Source of the DNA: Stegostoma tigrinum
Taxonomy: Eukaryota
DNA length: 64,000 bases
Assembly (NCBI RefSeq): GCF_030684315.1
Contig: NC_081369.1
Coordinates: forward strand, 18,187,754-18,251,753
Reading direction: 5' to 3'
Shown here piece after piece: positions 39,264-51,614 of the stretch (position 1 is the stretch's first letter; the number at the start of each line of letters is the position of its first letter). A program made the translations under genes and the position numbers. Below the pieces are notes generated by a model. The model searched no databases, was not told the origin of the DNA, and saw only the letters and a program-made list of their open reading frames with translations.

Positions 39264-41069
39264 ATAACAAGGTGTAGAGCTGGATGAACACAGGAGGCCA
39301 AGCAGCATCAGAGGAGCAGGAAAGCTGACGTTTCAGGTCTGGACCCTTCTTCCAGAAATGGGGGAGGGGAAGGGGATTCTGAAATAAATAGAGAGAGAGG
39401 GGAAGGCGGATGGAAGGTGGATAAAGGAGCAGATAAGTGGAGAGGAGACAGACAAGTCAAGGATGTGGGGATGGAGCCAGGAAAGGTGAGTGTAGGTGGG
39501 GAGTTTTGGATGGGGGTTGGTCAGACAAGGGAAGACAGACAGGTCAAGGAGGCAGGGATTAGGCTGGGAGGTAGGAGGTGAGGGTGGGGTGGGGGTTGAT
39601 GTGAGATAAAAGGATTGGTGGGAGAAAAGATGGACAGGTCAAGGAGGCGGGGACGAGCTGGGCTAGTTTTGGGATGAGGTCGGGGTGGGGACGAGCTGGG
39701 CTAGTTTTAGGATGAGGTCAGGGGTGGGAAGATTTTGAAGCTTGTGAAGTCCACCGGGAAACCGATATCCATTTCAAGCCTTCCGACTCCCACAGCTACC
39801 TAGAATGCACCTCCTCTCACTCAACTTCCTGCAAGAATGCCATCCCCTATTCCCAATTCCTTTGCCTCTGCCGCATCTGCTCCCGGGTTGAGGCATTCCA
39901 CTCCCAGGCTTCCCAGATGTCCCCATTTTTCCAGGACCACAACTTCCCCTCCAGTGATCGAAAATGCCCTCAACCGCATCTCTCGCATTTCCCGCAACTC
40001 ATCCCTCACAACCCCCTCTGCAATAACAACAAAAACAGAATCCCCCTTGTCCTCATGTACCACCCCACCAACTTCCGGATTCAACACATCATCCTCCGCA
40101 ACTTCCACCACCTGCAATCTGACCCCACTACCAAGGACGTTATTCCCTTCCCACTCTTATCTGCCTTCCCAAGGAACCAATCTTTCCGTGACTCCCTTGT
40201 GCACTCCACACTCCCTGGAAACTTTTCCCTGCAACTGCAGGAAATTCTGTACCTGCCCCTACACCTCCCCTCTGCCACCCCCCCCCTCCCATGCCCATCC
40301 CAGGCCCCAAGAAAACCTTCTACATCAAATAGATGTTCACCTGCACATCTGCTAATGTGGTATGTTGTATCTGCTGTTCCCAATGTGGCCTCCTCTACAT
40401 TGGGGATTCCAAGTGGAGGCTTGGAGACCACTTTGTGGAACATCTACGCTCGGTTTGCGACAAATGACTGCATCTCCCAGTCGCGAACCAATTCAGTTCT
40501 CCCTCTCACTCCTCGGACAACATGTCCATCTTGGGCTCTGCCAGTGCCTCAGTGAGGCCACCCGAAGGTTGAAGGCACAGCATCTCATATTTTGCTTGGG
40601 AACCCTTCAGCCCAATGGTCTCAATGTGGACTTCATAAGCTTCAAAATCTCTCTTCCCTTGTGCCCCCCCACCTCATTCCAAAACCAGCCCAGCTTTTCT
40701 CCCACCTATCAGCTCCTCTCACTTCAGTCCCCAACCCCCCACCTCCTACCTACCAACCTCATCCTGCCTCCTTGACCTGTCCATCTTCCCTTGACTGACC
40801 CACGCCCATTCTAACTCCCCACCTACACTCACCTCTTCTGGCTCCATCCCCGCCTCCGCTCCACCTATCTGCTCCTTCATTCATCTTCCATTCGCCTCGC
40901 TTCACTATTTGTTTCAGAATCCCGTTTCCCTCCCCTATTTTCTGAAGAAGGGTCCCAATCTAAACGGTCAGCTTTCCTGCTCCTCTGATGCTGTCTGGCC
41001 TGCTGTGTTCATCCAGCTCTACACCGTGTTATGTCAGATTCTCCGGCATCTGCAGGTTCCTACTATCTC
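39264..41069 (+). mobile_element. Penelope-like element with inverted pseudo-LTR, inserted in a CR1 3'UTR
   Basis: TSD TTGAACTGAAGAG (39251-39263 and 41070-41082). 39264-39755 is the inverted copy of about 40630-41035. GIY-YIG DNA at 40335-40450. CR1 sequence flanks both sides. Confidence 0.88.
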
Positions 41070-43102
41070 TTGAACTGAAGAGGGTCTGTTTCCATTCTGT
41101 ACAGCTCAACGCCTCTAATCTGATTGCATAGTGGAATAGGTTACAAGGCCTGAACGGTGAACTCCTAGTCCTCTGTTGAGCTTAATTTAGAATAAAGGAG
41201 AGAACGCAATTTTAAAAATAAATCACACACCGTTTCTAAGCCAACCGGTTCTCTATGCGTCGCTGCGCAACGAGTGGGAAAAGTTATTGTGGTAACACGG
41301 TGTAGAGCTGGGCGTGCTGTGTTCGTCCATTTCTACACCTTGTTATCTCAGATTCTCCAGCATCTGCAGTTCCTACCATCTCAGAAAAGTTACTGTGTTC
41401 TCGAACTGCCGGAAATATGCACAAACACTTTTTTTTCCTTGGGGTTTTCGTGCTCAACCCACAGCGTTCTTCGCGCGATCATACTGTCATTGTAATTTAC
41501 AATTAGCATTTTATAAGATTCCTCTCAACCATCTTTCTTCTGAATGAAAAATCTTTCAGGTTTTCAATCGACGGCACTACATGACTGATTTGTCCAGCCG
41601 TACTGGTCTCCAAGTTCTATCTATTTAATCTACAATATACCCAGTTATTCAGCATTGCATTTTTTTTAGTGACAATACCGCTCCATAATTCCATGTGCAG
41701 AATCCACGGTCTAACGGTTATTGTTCAATTTTAGGAACAAAGCAAGAGTATCTGCTTCTTCGACACGCCCAGAACGAACTTAATGCTACACAGGAAGTCG
41801 AAGGCTTGCCGGGGTGTTTTTAAAATGCAACTTCCCGCTAAATTAGAGCTATGCCGTAGTTGCTTAATCCTAACCACTCTTGAGATTGCCCACATGAGAC
41901 GATTTTGCATTTCTTATTTGAGTATTTGGAAACTCGGAACATTGACTAATTCTTGTTCATGCATTGCTGCACGTTAGAAGCGTTCGCACCAGACTGAAAT
42001 TAGAATTGCAATTGCAGCCTGTGGTGTTACAACAGAGAGATTAAATTTATGTTTTCAAACTTTGGCCCAGATTACCAACATTTGGGAAGTGTCACACTAA
42101 TCCACTCTCCATACCATATGTCACAGTTCTTATAACTGTTCAGGAAAGTTTCTGACACGTTTTAACATTGACATGGATGGTCTTGCATAGCAGCCTTTAT
42201 AAAGGCTGACAAGTAATATTTTGATGGAGGCGAAAGTTTGAACAGAATGAGGCATTCAGTGAATGTGAGCAGTTTCTGTTCAGTAGTCTCTGTGTCTACT
42301 ATTATCAATACTCAGGCATTATATGGTATGATATTTTTCCAGCCCTAATGTGGCTGAAATGGCAGAGTCAGAAAATACAAGAGAAGGAATGGCTCCCCAA
42401 CACATTACCACAACTAGGAAAATTTTTTGTCTGCTCACCAGAGGTGGATATTGAAATTATATATCTAAGGTGCCAACTAACCATGAGCTCGAGGGCTTGG
42501 CGGCATTTTGCCTGATGTAGGGAAGCTGCCAGCTCAAAGTACTTTCCCTGTCACTCAGGCTGCATTTGCAGTCCAAACATTGTGGCCAGAGGGCCCTACC
42601 TGCTCAACAGTTTGAATTTTCGCCTTGAATATATGCCCCTGAGGATGCCTCTGCGTTCTCATCTGGACAGGGCTGCAGAACTGCTAACCCTTCATTCAGC
42701 TAGCAGCATTCTGGGGGGTTGTCCTTTTTTGTACATATTGATTTCTGCTTGAACCATCTAGGATATCTTGGGTAGATTTGTTGCCACTATTCTTGTTGCT
42801 AGTACTGCATTAGTCTGGGCTACTGCTACTATGTGAGGTAGAATGCCCACAGGCAGCTGAGACAGAGCAGTGAATAGGTTGATTATGTATTTATTAACAG
42901 CTACTTACACTGCATTTGAATGACAGTCATTTGTGAGACATTAGACCCAAGCTATGAATGGGTCCATAATACATTCTCATTCAACACGGATAACAAACAC
43001 ATAACTCTTAACAACTCTTTACAATTCTTAGAGAACTGGCTCACTCCTCCCAGGAACAATCTTTTATATCCTGATGGGCAGAATTTATTTTGAGATGTAA
43101 GA

Positions 43103-43326
43103 GAGATAATGGGAACTGCAGATGCTGGAGAATCCAAGATAACAAAGTGTGAAGCTGGATGAACACAGCAGGCCAAGCAGCATCTTAGGAGCACAAAAGT
43201 TGATGTTTTGGGCCTAGACCCTTCATCAGAAAAGGGTTTGAAGGGTCTAGGCCTGAAACATCACCTTGCGTGCTCCTAAGATGCTGCTTGGCCTGCTGTG
43301 TTCATCCAGCTCCACACATTGTTATT
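43103..43326. mobile_element. Palindromic Penelope-derived short insert
   Basis: TSD TTATTTTGAGATGT (43085-43098 and 43322-43335); inverted arms. Confidence 0.85.
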
Positions 43327-45139
43327 TTGAGATGTGCCTTGTGGGGCACTATTATACAGCTGGAGTGATTACTCTGAAAGTCAAAGTGGCCTCCTGTGCA
43401 TGTTCAGAAACCGGTTGTGACATCAACTGGCTATGACTGCATCTGTATATGTGTTGCTGATATCACCATATTCCAGGTTCTGTAACATCACCTGCACACA
43501 TGCAGGTGACACCTATCATGGGGGTAGAGGAGTAGAGGTGTGGGAGGAGACAGGTACGGGGGATGGAGGTGAGGTGGAGCTTCCATTCCCTGATGGAATA
43601 GTGCTCTTCTGCCTTGCCCTCAACCATCATCTGCCACAGCAGATGGCTTTGCACAGGTGGAGTGCCCAACAGCATTTGTAACATGCACAGTGAGAGTGCT
43701 GACAATGGACAGTCACTCATTTGTCAGATCCATTATTGGTGTTTTTGGTCAGGTAGAGTGAGCGGCAGGACAATGCAATTTTGGAAACTTGTGGGTCACA
43801 AATCCCAGAAAATAACTTTAAACAGAAAATGCAAGTGATGTTTGTGGCATCTGCTGTTTTGGCACTGCAAATCAATGCTCCTATACATGTATGGGTACTA
43901 CAGCACCAAGCGATGGAATTCACAATAAACACAGCCTTAGACAACACTCTCCTTTAAAGGATATCAAGAATGAAGGTACTAATTATGAGGCTACAATTAG
44001 AAACAGTAATAGATCTCTTGGCCTCATTCATCTGCTCTGCTATTCAATAAGGTTGTAGTTGATCTGATTGTGGATTCTTATGGAGTTTAGAAGAGTCAGA
44101 GGTGGCTTAATAGAAGTATGCAAGATTCTGAGGGGATTCAACAGGTGAATGTGCAGTAGTGTTTCCTGTTGTGGGAGAATCTAGAAAATGGGTCATTATT
44201 TAAAAACAAGGGTTCATCCATTTAAAACAGAGATGAGGATTTTTTTTCTCTCTGCAAAGTTTGTCAACTTTAGAATTGCCTTTATCAAAAAGCTGTAGAT
44301 GCAAAATCTTTCAAGATTTTTCAAAGCAGCAATGATTAACTGGGGTTCTTGTGAAGATTTGTAGCTCGGGTTGTGGATGAGGTTATTGGATTGCTCGCCA
44401 AGCTGGCTGGTTATTGTACAGATGTTTTGGCACCATGTTGGGTAACATGTTGATGTTAGCAACAAGCCAACAACCTCAGCAGTGATAATTGTCAGGAGTT
44501 TGCAGGAATGTGCATTTGAGGTTAAAATTAGATTAGCCACAATCTCATTAAATGGCAGAGCAGACTACTACTGATTGCCTACTCTTGTTCCTTGTTTGTA
44601 TGTTGAAGTAACCCTTATAATCAATCGTGATTATATTAAAATAAAGGTGATTACAGTAATACAATAGTTACAAAATTAAGACACCGAAAGGTTTAGTCTT
44701 TTAAATTGGTCACTCAAACCCTGAATAAGATTCAAAATTTATTATTTCAGTGTGTGTATTGGCTTTGTCAAACTGTGGGCCACTTTACTTCAGTGAGTCT
44801 TTATTATTACAGAAATGAATAGTGAAAGTTAACCCAAAGGCTACCTCGTCATTGTGACCACATCAAGTGGAGAAGGGGACCTTAAAAAAAATCTTATCCC
44901 AACCTGCATATTCACCATGTTAATATTATACTTCACATATTGGTGAGAAATCTTTATAATTACCATGTTTCATACTGTTGATACGTGATGTTTGACAGTG
45001 AAAGCTCAATATTTGTGACAATGCTGCTGCATGCTTATGAAGAATTAACTTGTAGTTAATTACTAGGTTGTTCTGCTCCCAGTACAGAAATATGTTTCTT
45101 CTCTTAGTCATCATCATTTATTTAAATGTATATATAAAT

Positions 45140-45610
45140 TTACAAGGATGCTGCCAGTACTGAAGGAACTGAATTATAGGGAGAGGTTGGACAAGGGACG
45201 ACTTTTTTATTTAGCGTGTAGGAGATTGAGGGATGATCTTATAGAAATGTATAAGATTGTGAGATACATGGATAGGGTGAACACACTCTCAGTCTTTTTC
45301 CCAGGATTGGGAAATTGAGGACTGGAGGGCATCAGTTTAAGGTAAAAGGGAAAGAATATATGGGAACCTGAGGGGCAACTTTTTAACACAGAGGATGATG
45401 TGCATGTGGAACGAGCTGCCAGCATAAGTGGTTGAGGCGGATATGTTCACAACATTTAAAAGGCATTTGGATGAATACATGGATAGAAAAGGTGTAGAAG
45501 GATATGGGCCAAGTGCAGGAAATGGGGTTAGCGTGGACAGACATGTTGGTTGGCATGGACCAGTTTGGGGGAAACGGAGTGTTTCCATGCTGATGGACTT
45601 TGTGTCTCTA
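45140..45610 (+). mobile_element. CR1 3' end fragment
   Basis: ORF2 C-terminal DNA (VEADMFTTFKRHLDEYM) and 3'UTR. Confidence 0.8.
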
Positions 45611-46427
45611 TCATTTGGTATTCTTATCCTTTTGTGAATGTTATCAGAACTTAATGAATGTTAGTTGTTATCAAAATGTAAACTCTAAACAGAATGAGAG
45701 CTGTAAAAACTGTGTATTATAACCAGAATCAAAGAGGGGTAACAGTGAAATAGAGACTTTGTTTTATTTGAACAGGACTTAATTACAGCAAGTGATTAGT
45801 TAGCTTTAGAGACACTGTCAGTTTAAATTGAACTCACTGGCAGCAACTGTTTATTTTAAATGATATATATTCAATTTATCACTGTTGCTGGCATGGTAGA
45901 AAAATGACTTTTATTTACATAGCACCTTAAAGTGCTCTGGACATCCCAAAGCATTTTACAACCAATGATGAATACATTGAGAATTAAGAGGCAGAACAAT
46001 ATAGGTCAAAAGTTAATAAAGTTGATTGTGATGGTTATACTCATGGCATTTGGCACACCATGAAACATCCAGGTAATCAGCTACAGATTATTTCAGACTA
46101 ATGCTGCAGTAATGATGTCACAATCATTAATCCTTCAAAGTGAGACTCCTCACTTAACAATTACCGCCACTGGAGTCAGTATTTTAAGTCATTAAAATAA
46201 AAACAGAAGATGCTCAGAATACACAGTAGCTCAAGATTGCATTTGAAAAGAGAAAAAGCAGATTCTGATATGTCAGATAGATGCCATTTTTTCTGAATAA
46301 TAATAACACTATCACAAATGAGCTAGTCCATGAGTCCAAATGAGTTGGCCAACAGGATGAAAGAGAACAATAAAATTAGCCATTGATGAATAGAACCTCT
46401 CTGGAACTGACTTTCTGAATGTTTCAG

Positions 46428-46550
46428 AGATAATGGGAACTGCAGATGCTGGAGAATTCCAAGATAATAAAATGTGAGGCTGGATGAACACAGCAGGCCA
46501 AGCAGCATCTCAGGAGCACAAAAGCTGACGTTTCGGGCCTAGACCCTTCA
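46428..46550 (-). mobile_element. Short Penelope 3'-end insert
   Basis: Perfect TSD TCTGAATGTTTCAG (46414-46427 and 46551-46564). Confidence 0.88.
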
Positions 46551-47474
46551 TCTGAATGTTTCAGTGCTTTCCAAAATTTGCATTCAAAGATGTAAATATT
46601 TCTACTGAAAACCACTGCAACTTTGAAAATTATAACTTAAAAAATCCTTCTCTCCAGCAATATTTTGTGTCTGATGTAGTTACCGGGGCAGGAAGATAAA
46701 ATTATTTGAACTTTGTTTCAATCTTGTTATCCAAATTCTCATTAAGGGTAATGATTTGTGTTCATCAGCAGATATCTGTTAATGCTATTTATAGCGTCAG
46801 GTTATTGAAATAATTATTTGCAATTTTACAGTAATTCTTCAAGGTGCAAGGTGTTCACTATGCAGATTAAGTAGTGTACTGTTGTAATATTTGGGAATCA
46901 TTTAAGATCTAGCCAACAACTGATAACCATTTTAATTATTTGTAGGTTTATGAAATTGTTGTTTATTTCAGTATGAGAGATGAAAGCAACGTTGGCATTA
47001 TTTGACCTGTTTGAATAAACTTAGTACATTATTGTGAAGAACTTTCTGTAGTGATTACATGATAAATTACTTATTCAGCATTCTGTTTAACTTTTGGAAT
47101 GTATTTCTGTGAAATTTCATTTAGAATTGTGTTTTTCAAACAGTAAATGACTGAAAAGTTTTCACTTTATAGTTATAGTGCTTTATAGAGGTGACGTAAA
47201 AAATGGATACAGAGCAAAAGAAGGAAGTATTAGAAGGGGTGACTGAAAGGTTTTTTAGACCTATGTTTAAAGGAGGGATTTAGATGAGGAAGGTCAGTTG
47301 GAGAGGTTGAGGAAGAGAATGCCAACACCAGCCTAACCAATATAACTGTTTGAGAGTATTTAAGTATTGTTCTATCTCTTTGTTTGTTTGTGTTTAAAGT
47401 CTCACAATTGTATTAAAAACACTAAAAAAGTAAAAATCTTTTAAATCAATTTACAAAGTGTAACCATGAGAGGA

Positions 47475-47480
47475 TTTATT
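47475..47480 (-). terminator. Candidate polyadenylation signal of THAP11
   Basis: TTTATT on + (AATAAA on -), about 510 nt downstream of the stop codon after an AU-rich 3'UTR. Confidence 0.4.
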
Positions 47481-47990
47481 ATACTTTTTATGGTTATTGT
47501 TGTACAGTAACTTAATGTAGAGGGCAATATACAAAATAATAGGGAACTACTAAATTTATAGCATCATTATAATGGAACAAAAACATTGATTCGTAACACA
47601 GAATACATTGGATTGTGAATGCACTGTTGCTCGAGTGGAATTTGGACCTTTTGTGGTGCCTTGTTGCTTCACTACTTCCTAAAGTTAATTTTAGTACTGC
47701 ATCCATGCAGAATGTCCCTCGGATTTGACCTGTCGTATGAAACACCCGGTAACTAGGGGTGCATATCGTTTGGGATGCGCGCACACACACACACACAGAT
47801 TAAGCAAGTGGTCTCACACTATTTTATCACATCTGAAATATCACACGAAAAGTCCTAACATCCTGTGCCATGACGGCACATGATCCTCGTATTTGTCTTT
47901 TTTTGTTAAATTCTATTCTTCCTCGGGTTCGGTAGCTGCGAAATGTTTGTGTAATATATATAATATATATATTATTTATAAAACAGGCAG

Positions 47991-48644
47991 TCACATTCCA
48001 TGTTTCTTCCTGATGACCGACATGGACAGTAATTTCTCCTTATTCCTCAGCTCCTCCCGCAGGATGGCCTCGCTGACCTTCAGTTGCCGGATGGTGCCTT
48101 TCATCTCCTTGATCTTCACCTCCATCAGGGCGATAATGTCCTTCTGCTCGTTGAGTTTCCTGAGCAGCTCCTCGGAGGTGGTGGTGGAGGAGAGTGAGTA
48201 GGAGTGATCTAGGCACTCGGGAGCCTCGGGGCGAGGGACAGCGGCGGCGGCGGCCGGGAGGGAAGGCGAGGACGAGGAGGACGAGGACGAGAAGAAGTAA
48301 GGTCCGGACAGGTCGATGGGCTTGACGTCCTCCTGGCCGGCGGCGGCTGCCGGCAGCTTCTTGCGGGAGCGCCTGATCTTCCTCTCGTTGACCCCTCGGA
48401 GCGGGAAGATGGTCGGGACCTTGACTGAGTAGGTCTTCCTGCCCCCGGGGAAGTGGGCGCTGCACACCCGGTGTCCGGTGGTAGGGTAGAAGGTGCTGAA
48501 GCAGCCCGACACTCCGGTGCGGGAGATGTTCTGAAGCCAGAGTCGGCGCTGCTCCTCATCCTTGGGGAAAGTGTAGAAGCGGAGCTCCCGGTCCCGGTGC
48601 GAGTTGTTGTAGCAGCCGGGCACGCAGCAGGTGAAGCCGGGCAT
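47991..48644 (-). CDS. THAP11: THAP domain-containing protein 11 (Ronin), single exon, 217 aa
   Basis: N-terminus [18 protein letters not shown] matches THAP11. C2CH THAP zinc finger (CVPGC...RVCSAHF...VPTIF), HCF-1-binding motif DHSY, and C-terminal coiled coil ([31 protein letters not shown]). GC/CpG-rich and intronless. Confidence 0.97.
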   Translation of the reverse strand: MPGFTCCVPGCYNNSHRDRELRFYTFPKDEEQRRLWLQNISRTGVSGCFSTFYPTTGHRVCSAHFPGGRKTYSVKVPTIFPLRGVNERKIRRSRKKLPAAAAGQEDVKPIDLSGPYFFSSSSSSSSPSLPAAAAAVPRPEAPECLDHSYSLSSTTTSEELLRKLNEQKDIIALMEVKIKEMKGTIRQLKVSEAILREELRNKEKLLSMSVIRKKHGM

Positions 48645-48649
48645 CCTGC

Positions 48650-48900
48650 CGCTACGATCCCCAGGGCCAGCGCTGCCCGAGAGGCCTCTTTAATCGCAGG
48701 CCTGGCTCCCCGGACTCTCCTGTTCACACAATGCCCCCTCTTCCCCACTCAAATCCCCCCGGGTTTATTTATTTTCCCCCCAAACACCGAGTTGGCTGCA
48801 AAGCGCAGGCCGCGCGGCGGAACTACATCTCCCAGGGTGCAGCGCGACACACACAGCCACTTCCGGTCAAACAAAGAAACTGCTGCGAAAAAGGAGCATT
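48650..48900 (-). promoter_or_regulatory. THAP11 CpG promoter/5'UTR with ZNF143/THAP11 composite site and ETS site
   Basis: ACTACATCTCCCAGGGTGCA at 48822-48841; ACTTCCGGT at 48859-48867; high CpG density. Confidence 0.75.
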
Positions 48901-49250
48901 AACTTTCAAAAATAATGAATGCATCGTTGAAACATCTTCGCACGTTTCTGCTGATTTGTATATAGTTATTATTACAGCAATCAACACTCACAAATTCCAC
49001 TTAGTGTTTCCATTTTATTATATATTTTGCATCGTACCATCGCATTTTTGTGTTACTGTCACTCTGCACCCAAAGCAATAGCATTTTATTATACGAAAAT
49101 AAGCGAGAGCTTGCTACCAAAGTTCACAGAAATAGCTAAAAACTGCATTTATAAATGATGTAAACCAGACCGTATATTTTATCTATTTTGTTCACAGGAG
49201 GTACATGACAATCCTGTTTGAAAATTGATCAATAAATTAATTTTACTGAT

Positions 49251-49490
49251 ACAAAAACAAAATTGCTGGAAAAGCTCAGCAGGTCTGGCAGCATCTGTTA
49301 AGGAAAAAGTTGAGTTAATGTTTAGGTTCCGATTACCCTTCCTCAGAATTGGATCATTTTGAAAGAATCACTGGACCCGAAAAGTTAACTCTTGTGTTTT
49401 TCCTCCACAGATGCTACCAACCTGCTGAGCTTTTCCAGCAACTTTGTGTTTGTTCCTGATTTACAGCATCCACAGTTCTTTTGGTTTTTA
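49251..49490. mobile_element. Palindromic Penelope-derived insert (second subfamily)
   Basis: Inverted arms TTGCTGGAAAAGCTCAGCAGG and CCTGCTGAGCTTTTCCAGCAA; degenerate TSD ATTA(A/G)TTTTACTGAT. Confidence 0.78.
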
Positions 49491-51614
49491 ATTAGTTTTA
49501 CTGATGATGTTTATCACATTTAAGGTGTTATCTCAAAGCTTTTTTCCGATTGAAATTTTGAAAATTGTGGTTGAACTCATCCACCGCCAATAAAGTTACA
49601 AAAGTCAATTTCTGCCAACAGTAGAAGTGATATCAGTGAAAGTGACTATGATGTGGGTGAGCCGGTGTTGGACTGGATGAACAAAGTCAGAAGTCACACG
49701 ATAGGTTTATTTGAAATCACAAATCAGGTGAAGTGGCCACAGTCCCAGACTCTCATTAGAGAGAGAGAGAGACAACTATTGGTGCGTTTAACCTGAGGGT
49801 CACCATGCCTCAGTCAAAGGGTCAGTTCAGGAAGGTGGAACCTTCACATGATCTAAGCTGACGCAGGAATTAAACTGACGTGGTTGGTAACACTATGCAT
49901 GATAAACCAGTTATCCAAACGACTGAGCTCACCAACTTCAAATGGTAGATTTGCCAATGGAAGATGAAGTTAATGCATAGTTGTTGAAGATAATTGTGCA
50001 TCCTGAAATTAACATAATTGAAAAAAAATTAAATTTTTAAGTATGCCATCATCTGATAAAAAACTTCTTTATTTTATAAGAAAACACTCCCGTCTCTTAC
50101 AAATAACAAAGAAGATGAATAAACATGAGGCTGTATGTTCATCCACCTGCTGTTTACAGGATGTGCAGAGCCCTTGGGTTTGAAAATTATTTTATTAGTA
50201 GAAGGACAAGTATCCCGCAGTATAATTTTAAACAATCTATTCTGAGTATGCATGGAACTTTTTAACAGTGCATATCACATTGATTTCAAATCTCACTGTA
50301 ACTCATTGGAATTTAAGTATAGGTAGTGTGACAATTTATAGGCTGGCACCAAATGAAATAATCATGAAAATGCTGCATTATTGTAAGAATTCTAATAACA
50401 CTCATGTTCTGTCTGGATCCATACATTTGTTGCTTTGAGGGCAACTATGACTAGGTGAAAAATGTAACATTGCTCCTATTCTGAGGACAAATTATGTATA
50501 TACTATATATTTAATACTAGTCTGTCAAAGAAGTGGAAATATTTATTTACTGTGATCATGATAACCATTCAGGACTGCCAGCAGGCTAGCATCCCATGGA
50601 TTCACAATTTGATCACAATATTTTGCACGTCGTTGCTTAGTCGGCTTAACATTAGCTCCACATTGTCAGACAGTATTGTTCAAGCTAAAACCAGAACCAG
50701 TAATTGTTTTAATATTTTTAATTTACACAAAAATTAATTCTGGAGAATCAGTTTTTACAATTATTGATACTGAATATTTAAAATTTGCCTTGAGATTTAA
50801 ATAAGTCATTTTGTAATGGAATTATTTTAACTGAGATGCCAACAGACATAATGGGCCCTTTGTTTTTATCGCCAAATTTTGTCTCATTGCAACAAGATGG
50901 AAACAAAAGGTTAAAATGAGGGAACTGCAAAATCTCAATACTTGGCTTCATTTATACGCCTCCAAGGTTGGGGGTATGTGCATTCGTCTAATCTTCCTAT
51001 CACGGATATTCTGCAGCACAGAAGGAAGTGATTTTCCTCATTATGCCTATGCCTGCTTTTCAAATGAGCATTATGACATTGTGCCATTCTCTCACTTTTT
51101 TCCATACACTTCACATTGTTTCTATTCAAATAATCAGCTAATTGTCTCTTGAATGCTTTTCTTATACCTGCTCTAATATACTTTGATGCAGTGCATTCCA
51201 CTCATTGAGTAAAAGTCTTTTCCTCACTTCCCATTTGCAAATCACTTTAACTCTGTGCCCTGTCATTCTTGATCCTTTACAAATGGAAACAGTTTCTTCC
51301 TAATTATTGTATCCATACACTTGCGGTTTTGAAAGCTTCAGTTAGATCTCCGCTTGGCCTACTTCCCTCCAAGGACAACAGTCCCAAATTCTCCGAGCTG
51401 TACTCATAACTGAAGTTTCTCTTCCCTGGAACCATTTTTGTAATGATGTTCTGCATTCTTCTTCATGTGCATTCACACCCTTCCTACAGGTAGGTACCTA
51501 GAACTGCAAAATTACTTCATCAGGGGTTGAACAAGTATCTTGTATAATTTCAGCAAATTGCCCCTGCTGTTGTATTCCATGCCTCTATCAAATAAAGCTC
51601 GGGTTACTGTAAGA

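Noticed and set aside
48040-49081. Overlapping ORFs of 116-179 aa around THAP11 on both strands
   Set aside because: Expected in GC-rich coding and CpG-island DNA with few stop codons; no recognisable domains.
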